A stretch of DNA of 64,000 bases from Chromera velia (Eukaryota): assembly GCA_018398765.1 (NCBI GenBank), contig JAHBMJ010000001.1:1-64000 (forward strand), in the 5' to 3' direction. Position 1 is the first letter of the stretch, and every line of letters begins with the position of its first letter. Under the pieces are notes generated by a model that saw nothing but the letters and a program-made list of their open reading frames with translations, was not told the DNA's origin and did no database searches. Of this stretch, positions 34,471 to 48,086 are shown piece by piece. Position numbers and translations under genes: made by a program.

Positions 34471-35762
34471 TCAATCCTTCGTGATGCCCTCGATTGCCAC
34501 GAGAGCTCTTCTGAGGTCGGCCTGCACGTCTGCTTGCTGCTTCTCCTGCCTCTTCTGCAGCGCCTGTGCCTGCCCCACACCCTTCTCACCCAGTGCCCGA
34601 AAATACTCACTGATCCTCCAACTGCAGGCAGGCACGCAGATAGACAAAGAGGCAGACAGTCAGACGGGCAAATGTGTCACGGCTCTCTCAAAGGGGAAGG
34701 CATTTCTTCCTCGTCTTCCTCTAGCAAGCGGATCATGGCATACAAACTCGCAGTACAGAGCATTCCATACTATCTCCAAGACTAGTACCAGTGCTTGTGC
34801 CCGGCACCCGACTGTCATTTCTGCTTGGTGGGTCCTTCCTGTGTAGACAGGCTTGCGCAAAAGCGATCACACGCAACGGCTCCTGGTTTAGCCCTTGAAT
34901 CATCATCATCAACCAGTTGAGTGATTTAGAGGCAGGGATCAGCAGACACTAGAAGGAGAGTCACGAGGCATGCAGTGCAGTGCAGATGGATGGAAACACC
35001 CCTGCAGAAGTACATTCATTCATTCATTTGTTCGTTCACTCATTCATTCATTCATTCATTCATTCATTCTCTTTCTCCCTTCTTCACTCACACTATCGAC
35101 AGAAGAGACGATGTGAATTAAGTGAGCTGCTGTAACAAATGCCGCAAGGACATCTGAACAGACATGCAAGAAAATTAAAAAAAAAAAAAAGTCGAGGGAA
35201 GGCAGAGGGTGAAACATGAACAGCGAGTCTGTTGCAATCCCGATGTGGGATGCGGACGTACAAACCGAACAGACAGACCTGGCGTCTTTGGCCCAGCAAA
35301 AGAGAAATTCGATCGCCCGTTTTTGTACAGACTTGATTGTGCCGCCCACATGGAAAACGTTTATGTGAACGGGAATGGAGCCCAGTGAGGTGACGAATAC
35401 GAGAGAGGTCCGCACAAACGCGCTGAAGTCCTGCACACAGAGCGTTTTGGTAAGTCGTTTTCCACTCATCTTCTTCTTCTTGGAGCTGCTGGCTGGTTTG
35501 TGCACAAATAGTCATTCCGTGAAGACTCTGGTTCATTCGTGGAGGGAACGAATACGCGCGTGCACACACTGACACAGCAAATACGCACGCACACCCTCTC
35601 ACAGACCGCACAAGAGAAGAGGAGACAAAAAGCACTGGACGTACCCTGTTGCATCGCAGCACCGCAGTTCGGGCCTGTTCATTGAAAAACACGACTGCAC
35701 ACACAGAACCGACAAGTAGTCACATCTCGGAGACAGACAGACAGACAGACAGAGAGACAGAG

Positions 35763-35826
<64 letters not shown>

Positions 35827-36238
35827 GGGGGGGCAGGGGACGGAAGGAGGGAGGGATAGGGAGGGGAGGACAGTTAGGCAGAGAGATGTCAGCTAGGTAA
35901 AGACTCCATACCCAAACTCCACGAGGCTCAACACGTTTGTGAGTTCGCGCCAACCTTTCAACCTGCTCTGATGGCGCGCACTCCCAAAGTCTCCGAAGTT
36001 TTCTTGCAGAGAGGCTCGGATTACCTGCACCACCATGCAAAGGACGGATTCTTTCTCCGGAGACGGAGACGGGTAGTAACACAGAGGGTGGAACCAAATT
36101 GTGTACGCAAAGAACAGGGGCCCAAGCTCAAGTGCCGACCTCAAGGAGTTTGGCTGGGGTGATCCAATTGCTGTGGAGGTGTTGGTCTGCAGCAACAACA
36201 AACTCCAGGGCAAGGTAGCGGTCCTTGCGCCTTACCAT
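34471..36238 (-). CDS. POP5: RNase P/MRP subunit POP5 (Rpp14/Pop5 family), ~173 aa; exons 36238-36140, 36024-35955, 35694-35645, 35430-35279, 34621-34471
   Basis: MVRRKDRYL...IRASLQENFGDFG...LKVVFFNEQARTAVLRCNR...FVTSL...FHVGGTIKSVQK matches Pop5 motifs; phase-consistent GT-AG introns, 522 nt. Confidence 0.88.
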
Positions 36239-37099
36239 CGAGGAAACGGCAAAATCACAGGCTTCAGCACTACATATCAATATATACAGTCCGTTCGTTC
36301 GTTTCGAAGTCCAGTCTGTATTGGCAAGGTCGGCCTTTCAGGTTAGACAAGCGACTAAGAAATGCAGCAAACAAGTGCTGCAGTCTGCAAGCTTCCAGAA
36401 GTTGAGACAACTGTATCACTTTAGACAAGCTCATGCAATCTCATGCATGCGTACCGATACAGCTCTATAGCGGAGATCGACGCATCGGAGACGCCGAAAC
36501 TTGCATGCATGGTTAGACATTCACCTGTCAGAAAAAGAAAGAAAGAAAAAAAAGGTTTCTCGAATGTTCTCGAACATGATTGAGAAAACGTTTGTTACGC
36601 CCTTGAAGATTTACCCCTCCCGGCCAGCGATCTGATTTTGTTGACGGCTGGGCCGCCTGTGAGAGCAGTGCAATGTGATCCGACGGTCGGGAATTTGGTG
36701 GAGATGCGTGCTTGACACGACAGATCGAGCAGGCAGGGCCGTGGGTGCCCTCTGGCTTGCTGTGGGGGGCGTCGGTATTGCTGTCGTTCTGTTCAAAGTC
36801 AACGTATGAGCAAACCTTGCATGAGTGAGGTCGCTGTGATCTTCCAGTATTCGATAGCTCTCTGGGACCGCGCTGGGAGGACAAAGAGACAGGAGACGGA
36901 GCATCTCCTGCGGACTCGGTCTCTGAGCTAGTGTAAGACCCCATATTTTTCTTGGTGGTGGCTGAAGATGTCTCAAGCAGGAACAGGAAGTCAGCAAAGC
37001 TCGTAAGCTCTGACCACAGCTGCGCGTCTCTGTGCTAAACCGGCTGGCTGTGTGCCTGAAATGCCGTTGCACATGCGTCCTTGCATGTCCTCATTGCAG

Positions 37100-37723
37100 A
37101 GTTGATGTATAGTGTTATCCCTGCCCTCCTCCACGTGGCCAAACCAAAACCCGAGGTCGGTTGGGTGGGAACTCTCCCCTCTCCTTGACCTTCCTGTCTT
37201 TCTCCTTCCGGGATGTGAACACATTTGTCCATTTCACCCTGCCTGCCTACGTCTGTCTGTCTGTTTGTGTATGCGTGGAGGAAAACCTGAGCCATGACCG
37301 AGCTGGACCGTGAGGCGATGTGAGAGAAGAAGGGAAGTCCTAATTGAGAGGCAAATTTGGAACAGTAAGAGAGGCAGGCTTCGTCCATTCCTGGCTGGTT
37401 TTATCTGTTCTTCGAAAGAGATTATTTGACTGGGAGGGAAGGATGCGATCACTGTTCCGAGTCTAACGAGACTTTCTCCTAGCTAGCTGTCTTGCTCTCT
37501 GTCCATCACAAAATAGGAGTCAAATCATCGATCTCCTCCATGCCCTCCTTCCTTGCTTGCTTGTTTTCTCAATTCTCCCTCCCTTCCTCCCTGTGCATGC
37601 TGGTCCATTCCTTCCTTCTTTCGTACCTTTCTTCTTTTCTCTGCAGGAGGTGATGCAGATGGTGCACAGCAAGGATTGCTTTGGCATCGTTTGGTTTATC
37701 TTCTACTGCCTGAAGAAGGTGAG

Positions 37724-37773
<50 letters not shown>

Positions 37774-39287
37774 CTTTCTGTCCGCTTGCTTTTGCATGCT
37801 TGTTGTCAGAAGGCCGACAGTCCCGTCGGGTTTGTGCAGGGAGATAGGCCGTTTGCGTGCGTCAACGCAGGTAGAGCACAGAGTCCTGCAGTAAGGCAGC
37901 TGTTCTTTTCTCTCTCTGAGGGCAGTCAGGCACAAAATCGACCAGCACAGAGACAGGGAAAAAAACAACAAACAACACTTGCAGACTGCCAAGGATGCAT
38001 GGAACTTTCTTTGAGAATGAATACCCGAGGAGAGGGAAGAAAATGAAAGGACTGACTTGCAATCACTCACGCATGCAATGACTGACTGACTGAGAGAGAA
38101 ATGCATGAGAGGCAGACAGCTAGCCAGCCACGCGCATTAATTCCTCACTGGACTTTCGTAGGAGGCTCTCAGAAGACATCTTTCCGACTTGTCATCTGGG
38201 TGACTCTGGTGGGTCTTTCTGAAATTGCTTTGTATTCGTTTTTTTCATGTGTATAAATCCGTGCTGGCAATTCCTGTCTGTCTGCATGGATGGATGGGAT
38301 GGATGGGTGGATGCAGGGTATTGTCCAGTTGCCGTTCGACGTCCTCGACTTCTCGAGTGAGTGAGGGAGTGAGTGAGTGAGGGAGGGAGTGTGACTAAGG
38401 GAGTGTGAGTGAGTGAGTGAGTGAGTGAGTGAGTGAGTAAGTGAGGGAGTGAGGGAGTGAGTGAGTGTGCGTGCGTGCGTGTCAAGTAAAAGGAAAAGTA
38501 TAACGAAAGGGGAAGTCGGGCCCCTGTGTAGAAACGAGGCGATGCCGCCACAAAGACGAAAGAAAAAGAGAAACATGCACGAGCGAAGAACGAGAAGGTG
38601 AGTGAATGCCGATATTATGTGAAGGAAGGAAGGAAACTAAAGAAAGATGAGAAGAAGAAAAGAGAGAACAAAAACCGGCAAAAAAAACTTTCTCTCTCAT
38701 TCCTCTCCCTCAGATAATGGGTCCACTGCACCTCGAGACACAGGCCTGCATGAACATTTCGTGAATTTTTTGCCTCCCATTCTGGGCCAGAAGCTTCCTT
38801 CATTTGATCACGTTCTTCATCCTGACATACTTTGATTCATATACGCGTCTCGATTTCTCTCGCATCAATTTCTCGCAGACACGTGGTTCCATTCCATTCA
38901 CTCTTCTCATTATGAAGGGAGGGAGGTTCAGTTTTTCTTCCTTCCTTCCTTCCTTCCTTCCTGCGTGAGACCAACAGACAGAAAGATCGAAAAGAAAATT
39001 CAGGTATGAAACCTTCAATTTGCTCTCATACATACTGTGAATTGCTCATAAATCGGTGCGTTGACTGACTGGCTGGCTGCATGATTCTTTGATCAATTGA
39101 TCAGATAATCCCTCCATCGATCCCATACTCAATCGGTTGATTCCTCCATTGATGCAGAGAGCGACCTGCCGGTATCAAAAGTGTTCTATCTGCTCTCCTT
39201 CCTCCCGAGCGAGACCAAGGAAGTGATTTTGGGTCGGTCCGTTCGCTTCTTTCTTTGTTTCTTTTTTTCTTTCTTTCTTTCTTTCTT

Positions 39288-39330
<43 letters not shown>

Positions 39331-39645
39331 CTCTCTCTCTCTCTTTCTTTCTTTCGTTCTTTCTTTGTTTCTTTCTTTCGTTCTTTCTATCTATCTGTCT
39401 CTGTCTGTCTCTCTCTTTGCCTGTCTGCCTTTTGGTTGGCTCGCTGTTTTTTGTCTGGCAGTCTCGACGCACAGTTCCTTCTCCCATTGCAGTCGCTTGC
39501 AGTCGTGGGTTCTCTGGCTGTTTGTCTGTCTCTTGCGTTCTCTCTCTCTGACCGTCTTTGCCGAGCTTTTTCCCCACTATCGGTCTGTGTGTGATTATGT
39601 ATATCTGTGTATGTTTGTGTCTGTATGTCTGTGCGTGTGTGTGTC

Positions 39646-39676
<31 letters not shown>

Positions 39677-40214
39677 CTGTGTTCAGGTGATCAAGTACAT
39701 GGGCAGAGGGCGTTCACTCTGCTGCGTCGCTTCCTTGAGGGAAAGGACATGGAGAGATCTCCTCGGGGTACGAGGAGGAGGCTGCAGAGGCAGGAGGGGG
39801 GGTGGAGGAGGAGGCAGCCGGACCTTGGAGAGACGGGAGTCCTGGCAGAGCCTCCTTCCAGTAGCCTCAGGAAGCTCTCACTCGGTGCGTCGACCTTAGG
39901 TTTCTCTCTCTCCCTCTATGCATTCTTCTGTCTGTTTAGTGATGCATGTATGCATGTATGTGTCACTACATTCATCCTGTGGAGACTCAGTCATGGATTT
40001 ATATTCATACAGAAAAAAGAATTCTGTCACTACAAGGATGCATCCTGTGGAGTCAGGGAGCGAGCGAGAGGGAGAGAGAGGAAGGGAGGGGAGCGGGGAG
40101 AGACCCATGCACGCACACACACACACACGCGCGCGCGCTTACTCACACCCATACTCAAACGCGCGCGCACCGCACGCACACACACGCATAGTCGCACCCA
40201 TACTCACACACACG

Positions 40215-40283
<69 letters not shown>

Positions 40284-40296
40284 CACACCCATACTT

Positions 40297-40364
<68 letters not shown>

Positions 40365-41482
40365 AGAGAGAGAGGAGTTTCGGCAATTAACCCAGAGCTC
40401 TCCCCTCTCCCTGTCTCGACGTCCCTTCAGGTTTGAAGGCCTCGCACTTCGTCTTCGAGAAATGTTTGGAGAAGGGATCCCTACTGCGCCGCCCCCTAGA
40501 GAAAATTGAACTCCGACTCAACAGCTTGTCCACGCGTGCGACCGAAGCTCTGTGCGAGGGGCGCTTGCCTTTTTCGAAGAATCTCATCCTGAGACTCGAA
40601 TCCTCTCAGGCGTCTGTGGGGTTTGTGAACGCTTGCAAGAAGACCGAGACGGACTCTCTGCCCGTTGCGGGGGTCCACCTCGACTTTGGTCAGGTCCTTC
40701 CCTCTAAATTCCCCCCACTCCCGAAGAACCTGAAGGGATGCCTGAGGTCCGTCTCTGTGTCGTTGGGACGCATGCCCGCCCCTGGCGTCAAAGTGAACAG
40801 GTGGTTCTCTCACCTGACCTCTGTAGAGATTCGGGAAGCGTTGGATGGAGATCTCGAGAACCTGGTGGAGTCAATTGATAAGGCCCGACTCTCTCGTTTC
40901 AAGAAACTAATTCTGACGAATGCGACGGTAACCAGAGAGGGGTTTGAGGCTCTCGTCGGCCCAGAATCGCCCGGGCTGCCGAAGCTTCTGCATTTGGAGG
41001 TGTCAGAAACAAGGGAGAGCAACCCTTTTTTGCAAGAACGACAGACGGAAACGATGAAGGCACTCATGAGAGGCCTTGCGGACGGGAAATGCCCTCTGAT
41101 CCGAACGCTGAACTTTTGTAAAGGGAAGGTGAGGCGTGAGAGCCTGAACATATTAACAGAGGCAGTGCGTTTGAACAGATTGCCCTGTTTGGAAGTGCTT
41201 GATCTTGAGAATAATTGGGTGACCAGTAAGGATGTGATCAACCTGATGGCAGCCCTAACGCCAGACTCGTTGCCCGATTTCCACTTCCTCAATCTTGTGG
41301 GTACAGGCGTAGCCGAATTGGGGGGGCGGGCTCTGGGAGAGGCAATGAACAACGGACGGCTGCAGCGCCTCCGAAAGAGCGGCAGGCTGTTGTTGGGTGT
41401 GCTTGCTGCCAACGGTTTTAGAGCGGTTGCCCGCGACACAACGTGTCTGCACACCATCGCAGGGGGTGAAGTCTCGGGGTGA
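37100..41482 (+). CDS. Leucine-rich-repeat protein, 5' end unresolved; probable exons 37100-37159, 37647-37718, 39687-39884, 40431-41482
   Basis: Phase-1 GT-AG junctions keep one frame. LRR-like segments LPKLLHLEVSE, CPLIRTLNF, LPCLEVLDLENNWV, FHFLNLVGTGV. Confidence 0.65.
40108..40372. repeat. (CA)n/(GA)n microsatellite block, intronic
   Basis: Directly visible. Similar tracts occur in most introns of the window. Confidence 0.9.
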
Positions 41483-42139
41483 AGGACGGATGGGTTGTTC
41501 ACTCGCTGAGTGTGGCTGCCGCCCATTGTATCATGCAAAAACAGACAGTGCCGTGTATGCAGTGCCACCTAGAGTGCCGAAAGGTGCTTTTGGATGGACG
41601 AAGGACGAGTGGAGTGTAGTGGAGTGCTAGAGGGAGTAAAGTATCCTGTAAATTTACTCATACATGTTTTGTGCACTAGTTGAATTGTGCTAGAGTTTGT
41701 GTATGCGCTGCTAGGTGCACTACATTGTTGCAGTTCCCAGCTAGGTAGTACAGACTGTCACACCTCTAATCGACTCCTTATTAGCCCTGAGAGAAAGTTC
41801 AAGGTTCACTTTGAAATCATAAATTTGAATCAGATTCAAACACAGATTCCTTTTTAATTTGTGTAAACTTTCATTTTTTAACACTTCATTTTTACTTTTA
41901 CACGTCTTCTTAACGTTTTAGTGCATACAAAGGCGATCTGAAAAAACGTGAAGCAAAACCGTAGGCTCAACCTATAGAGGCTCAACGTTGGATCCGATGA
42001 ATCACCGGCCTGACTGGCTCTCTCTAGGGTTCTGCCTCTGGCCTCTGGTCGGACCCCCGCGCGGCCCGTGCCGCTCCTCGCGTCGCCGTCCGCGGCCGGG
42101 ATCCATGCATGCATGCATTGCTCGGCTTCTTGCATGCAT

Positions 42140-44045
42140 GCATGCAGATTCGGTTATCCCGAAAGGATGTATAGATATAGGTTGGAGACGAGATAAGGCA
42201 TGGGAGGCAGCGGTGCGGGAGTTTGCGACATTCAACCTGACCGTCAACCTAGGGAAAAGGAAGAGTCTCGCATTCTCACCGGACTGGGCAAAGAGGTATA
42301 GAGAGAGCAACACTGTCAGGTGGCAGTGCCCAGAGGATCCTCCAAACGGTTTCGAATTGTCGAGAGAGGGGTTCACGCTGGGAGGGGGGGGGATAAGGAC
42401 ACACGAGTTCGAGCTGCAACGCTTTGCAGAAGTGAAGAAGGATGCAGTGGAGCTTGCAGAGAAGGTAGTAGAATACAATGACCTGCAGGAAAGTTAGTTT
42501 CTTTTCCAATACTGTGTGTTCTCCAAGCTGAGCTTCTTGCTTAGGCTGATAGGAAATGCTATTCCCACAATGGTATGGCCAGGGCAGAAGCAGATGACAC
42601 GCTTCTCTCCGCATTCAGGAAAGGAATATAGGCATTGGGCTTAGGAAGTGGACAGTGCAACACACCTTCCAGGCAACGCTTCCCTTTGCACAAGGGGGGT
42701 TGGACATCCCACGCGGACCCGCGGTACAACATGCTACAGATAAGTGCCATTGTGGGGTGTTTTGCATTATGTTTGGCAGACGTTTTGAAACGGCTGTTGG
42801 AGCAGGAGTATAGAAACAACGCTGAAAAGATTTGGCAGAAGGTGTCACGACAAGCTTGGGTACGATAACTTGAAGCTGAAACAGCGTTTTCCCGGTTAAA
42901 GAACGATGGTAAGGCAGTAGAAACAGCACCGGCAGGGTCTTTTCTCCATAAAGAGTGGCAACTTGAAGCAAATATAGAGTTATGGAGAAAAGAAAGTATA
43001 AAAAGAGTGCAGGGGGGGCTGTTTGATATAGTACAAGCGGCAATGAGAAAACGATTTCTTGAAGAAATTCCTTGTAAAGGGGACGCAGAGAGGGAGGCAG
43101 CGTATGGGCAGGAGCTAAATACGATCATGGAGTGGTCGTTTTCAGATACACCTATGCAGCCTGTCCCTTTGGACACAGAAGGACGAGTCTGCCTACGCAG
43201 CTCTTCGAGGAATGGAGCAAGTGCGTGGATGGGGGCCATTCCATATGATGCAAATCATAAGATGCACCCTCTGATCTTTTGTACGGTACTCAGGCTTCGA
43301 CTCGGCTTACCAATTCCACAGATTCAATTTGTCAGACAACCTATTTGCGGATGTGGAGTAAGAAGTGATATCTAAGGAGTATACGGAGGTAAGTGTCCTA
43401 CGGGAGGGGGGTTCTGGAGATGTCATCAGATGGTGGGAGCAGCCTTTTTTAAGCTTATGACAGGGATGAAATACTGCACAGTGGGGGGGGAAACAACGTT
43501 TGGTACCTTAGGTTTCATATTGGAGGGACCATTAGCAGAAGAGAGAGACAAGCGGCCCGACCTATTTGCAAGTTTGCTAAACGGAGACTCAGTGATGGGA
43601 GATGTTATATTGATTCACTCAATCCAAACTGGGGCCCGACTATAACGAAATTCAAAGAAAGCAGGGGCAGCAGCATTGGAGAAGGAGAGCAATAAACACT
43701 CCCATTACGATGAAGCTTGCAGAGCCGTGGGGATTAGGTTTGTACCTCTGGTGTTTGAGACGTTTGGGAGACCGGAGAAAGAGACAGTGCGTTTTGTGAA
43801 AGAAATGGTGCAACAGTCAAGTGAGAGGTTGGGAGAAGGTGTAGACCAGGCAGTAAGATAGAGAGTGGCAGATCAGTGGTGGAAAACGATTTTGGTCGCA
43901 GTTCAGAGAGCAGCTTCTTCTACAGTACTTACATCAGTACAAGCAAGCCGTGGGGCCCGCGGCTTCAAAGTTACTAAAATATTGCTGGGGAGGGAGTACT
44001 CGGTATATGTTAGACTGGCTGACCAAACAAACGGAGGAGAGTGAA
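42140..44045 (+). mobile_element. 5'-truncated, degenerate CRE-like non-LTR retrotransposon (RT end, CCHC, restriction-like endonuclease)
   Basis: NLTVNLGK; CVFSKLSFLLR; PLHKGG; GASAWMGAIP; LRLRLGLP; CGCG..D..G...C..GGG...H; RPDL; DV...H; E..K...Y; FVPLVFETFGR. Several stops and frameshifts. Confidence 0.85.
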
Positions 44046-45558
44046 GAAAGAAGAGGGAGAGGGAGGAGAAAGAACTACTGAAGGAAAGAAGAAATAAGGA
44101 GATCAAGAAAGAGTTGAACACAAGTAAATTTTATAGAGAAAAAGTATAAGGTTGAAGAGACCTGTTGCATGAAGAGGGAAAGAAAGGAGTAAAACTGTTG
44201 AAGAAAAAAGAATTCTTTGAAATATTCAGTATCAACACAAGGAATAGAAAAGGAAAGGAAAAACAGGAGAAGGGGAAATCAGTGAAGGAAGTGTTGATCA
44301 GTCTCTATTTTTGTTAATTTTTGTATCCCACCTTCACATCGAATCGATAGATCACCCGAACACATCCAGCAAGGCAGGGAGTGACAGGCTTTCTAGACAC
44401 CGCAGCGTTTATGGTCAAACGCCGCAGAGCGCCCGAAGGGCGTACCGCGGCGCGCCGTGGTTGTAAAACCTTGAAGAAAGGGGGGAACTGTGGCGTAATT
44501 GTTCTGGTCTTTACCTTTTCTGAGGTAAGTTGAACCAAATTGATCAGCAATTGATCAAATTTATCATTGAAACACCTTAAAAAAAAATTTTGTGGCGCCT
44601 GCAGCGCGCAGAAAAAACCGTTTTGACGGTATATAGGGCTATGTCCCAAATGGGAGGGGCCACCGCCGCGGAGGGGCCTGGAGGGAACCGCGGCGCAGCC
44701 GCGGTGCTAAAAATGGCCGCTCTAGAGAGCCTGGGGAGTGATTAAGAGTGCAAGGCCCTAGGCATGCAGGGACTTCAGCACGTTGATTGAGGTTTTTGTT
44801 ATGCATGCCGCGTCCCCGTGTATGAGGGGCGGATCTAGCCTAGTCTGTCTCTGGGACTTCAGCACATCTTAATTGCAGGAAGGAATTTTTATGGCAGTTC
44901 TAGGGGCAGGCATAAGGACCACGCGGAGTGCCCATGTAGGGCAACTAGGATTGACGGAAATACGAACCGAACCTATGCATACCGGACCAATTAATACACG
45001 CCCGGAGAGGCGATAAGAGATTCCGTTCCGACGAGCTATAGCATGATATAGCATGAGCTAGCTCTATACTTAGCGGATCTGCACGTCTGCCAGAGTCTCA
45101 TGCATGAACAGAACACCATGAACATTAATTCAGTGTTTGCAAATGTGTAGACAGGAGAAATGATGCACCGAGCAACAAGATAGGCTTTTCAGTCCATTGC
45201 AGCGACTTGCGGAGAAAAACATGTTCGTTCTTTCCGTCTCCCGTCTCCTCTGCCTCCTGCCCCTCTCCAGCTGTGCTCCGCTCGCCTTCCTCTCCGGCTG
45301 GCGCAAGTGCCTGTCGCCATACGGTCAGAGAAGGACCTATGTTCAAACGGGCGTTAACGGAGCCTCCTTCCTGCGAGAGCCCTTCCCGTCTCCTCTGTTG
45401 GCCTCGAGGGAGGCATCCAGCGACTCCCCTCACCCTGAGACCAAATACATTCTCGGGATAATGGCGCGAAACAGTATGAGACTTTTAGTACGGGTATCGA
45501 AAAGGGGGGGATTGAGGGGTCCTGGGTTCATTTCTCCGACGGTACCAGCTTCCGCGCA

Positions 45559-46037
45559 ATGCAGTACTCAGGGGACAGTTACTCTTCATGGTGCAGTGCC
45601 CAGTATGTCGATATCGACTCCTCCGTGCCGACGCCCCGCTACCACCCGATGCACTACCGGCCAACCCGACCTATCTACAGTCCCAGAATAAAGCACAAGG
45701 TCGAGTGCCTTGTAGCGAAAACCCGGGCGGTCGGAGAGGGGAGAGAAGAATTCGAAATCGACATCCTCTCATGGGAGCAGGACTCCTGTAGGTACTACCC
45801 TTTCGACTGGTGTAGACGGGACTTTATGGAGAGCCCCTACTTCAAGGCCGACGTGAGAAGTCGAGGAAACAACCGGGTGGTCTTCCTTCTTCTGATAGAC
45901 GATCAGGTCTCTCTCCCTCTCTTTTTCTATCTAGCTGTGCCTCTTTCTATGTCTTTTCTTCTTTTGATGGACGATGAGTGACACCTGTGCTTTGTGTGCG
46001 TGTGTGTGCGTGTGTGTGCGTGTGTGTGCGTGTGTGT

Positions 46038-46079
<42 letters not shown>

Positions 46080-48086
46080 GTGTGTGTGTGTGNNNNNNNN
46101 NNNNNNNNNNNNNNNNNNNNNNNNNNNNNNNNNNNNNNNNNNNNNNNNNNNNNNNNNNNNNNNNNNNNNNNNNNNNNNNNNNNNNNNNNNNNNNNNNNNN
46201 NNNNNNNNNNNNNNNNNNNNNNNNNNNNNNNNNNNNNNNNNNNNNNNNNNNGGGGGGGAGGGGGTATGTGTGCGCGTTCGCTCCGTCGCTCGCTCGCTGG
46301 TGCGTTCGTGCGTTTGCATGAGGGTTTGGGTCTGTACGTGTGTGCATGCGCGTGTTTGTGTGCATGTGACGGTGTGCATTCATGCACTAAATTACGATTA
46401 TGCCTGCATGCATGCATGATCACGCAGGTTCCTGATGAGGACCGCCTCCCTCCTCTACTGCGTTGCGTGCCTGGAATCTGGAATCTCAGTGGTTATGGAC
46501 GACTCCCTGATGTCTGCAGTGTATCGAGCAGCCGCCGCCCTGTGTCGCTTGGGGAGATCAAGGACTTCATTCCTGAGGTCTCCGTGCTAGAGGGAACGGA
46601 GGTGGTCCTCGTACACGTTTCTTCGGGGATTCTCCCTCAGACTCCCCAAAAGGAGACAGGGCACGCTGGAGAGTCTTGCGGAGGCGCAGAGAGTCTCTGC
46701 GGGGGCCTGGCTCCGGAGCACTCCACACCAGTCGGCCGAATCGGAATCGGATTGGGACTATCACAGCCTGCTGCCTCTTTTCCTCTGCAAGCGGCTGATG
46801 ATCATCACGTGGAGGTGCATGGGGGGCGTGGAGAACAGGGGAAGGAAGGGGGGTCGGAAGGAGAGGGAGATTTGCAGGGGAGTTCGAGGGAGGGAGAATC
46901 TCAGGAGGCCGTCCTGGTTCTCACAGGGCCTTCTGGGATCGGGAAGTCGCACCTTGCATTGACTTTGGTGGCCATGAAGGCAGGCAAGTCCTCTCCTTAT
47001 CACCTGACCGTCGAAGAAGATCTTGCTGGAAAAGAAGAAGAGGCTGATGAGAGTGGAGAAGCCTCGGTCGGAGATAGGGACGCTGAGGAGCATTCGGGGG
47101 ACAGACAGACACAGCAGCCGAGCGCAGGTGGAGACGGCCAGACAGCACAAAGCTGCTTGTCAGACGATCGAGACCCTCACCCAGCAGAGAGAGAGAGAGC
47201 TACCGAAAGGTCCCCTTATCCCGTCTCCGTTGTTGACACGGACTCTCTGCTGTATATTGAGAGAGTGAGGTCGCCTTCTTCATCGAACACAAATGATACG
47301 CAGTCAGTCAGCGTTTGTGGGGAACTGAAGCGTGGGCATAGTCATGGGGAAGAGAGGGAAGGGGGTAGAACAGAAAAAAAAAGCGGGTGGAAGGGGGGGA
47401 ATGGTTGCGGAGAAGAAGAACGGGGTACGCGTTCACCGGATGTCAGCGTCACTCCCGGCATTTCTGCAGCTGCTTCAAAAGATTCCCTCGTCCTTGCCGT
47501 TAATGAGTCAGACGGGAGATCAGACAGAGAGGCAGGCAGGGCTGCCTCCGAGTCATCAGAGGGAGAGGGCATTCTGTGCACGCAGTCTGTCCAGCAAGAG
47601 CAGCAGGATCGCCCAGCCCTCTCCGAAACGGAGAAAAGTTCGGGTACCTCTTCTGACGACATGTCCAAAGAAACGACTGCGGATAACCAGAGGCTGACAG
47701 GCAGCCAGCGAGGCCTTCCGTCCCACCTCAGGACGAGGGTGAAAGAGACCGAGTTAGATTCACGTCTGAGGGGGGCAGACGCGGTTGTGGTAGGGAACAG
47801 AGATCCAGGGTTGATCAACGAAAAGATTATTCTGTCCAGACTTGCACTGCCCCCACCCGTTTCCACCAAAGTCTTAGATTCGAAGAAGATTGAGACAGAG
47901 ACGGAGATGGGCCCAAGACGGGATCACGACTCAGAGCCTGAACACGTGAATCAAGAAGGGCAACGAAGGCCCGTTCTGCTGTTGAGGTTGCGTCGTTTTG
48001 GGCACATTGATCACCATTGCAGTGTTGAAGAATCACAGCGTTTCTTCAACAAACTGCTGAGCGAAATCAATGAACCCGCCCGGTAA
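45559..48086 (+). CDS. Hypothetical protein with a P-loop (Walker A) motif; exons 45559-45906 and 46428-48086, 5' end uncertain
   Basis: Phase-0 junction CAG|gtct...cgcag|GTT; VLVLTGPSGIGKSHLA. An overlapping upstream frame from 45221 (MFVLSVSRLLCLLPLSSCAPLAF) looks like a signal peptide but could not be spliced in frame. Confidence 0.6.
46093..46251. other. Assembly gap (159 N) next to a (GT)n microsatellite
   Basis: Run of N. Confidence 1.

Noticed and set aside
39101..40436. Long ORFs over (TC)n, (GT)n and (CA)n tracts
   Set aside because: Microsatellite read-through; only 39687-39884 fits as an exon.
40810..41568. 252-aa minus-strand ORF
   Set aside because: Shadow of the LRR exon.
42559..43239. 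226-aa minus-strand ORF
   Set aside because: Antisense of the CRE element ORF.
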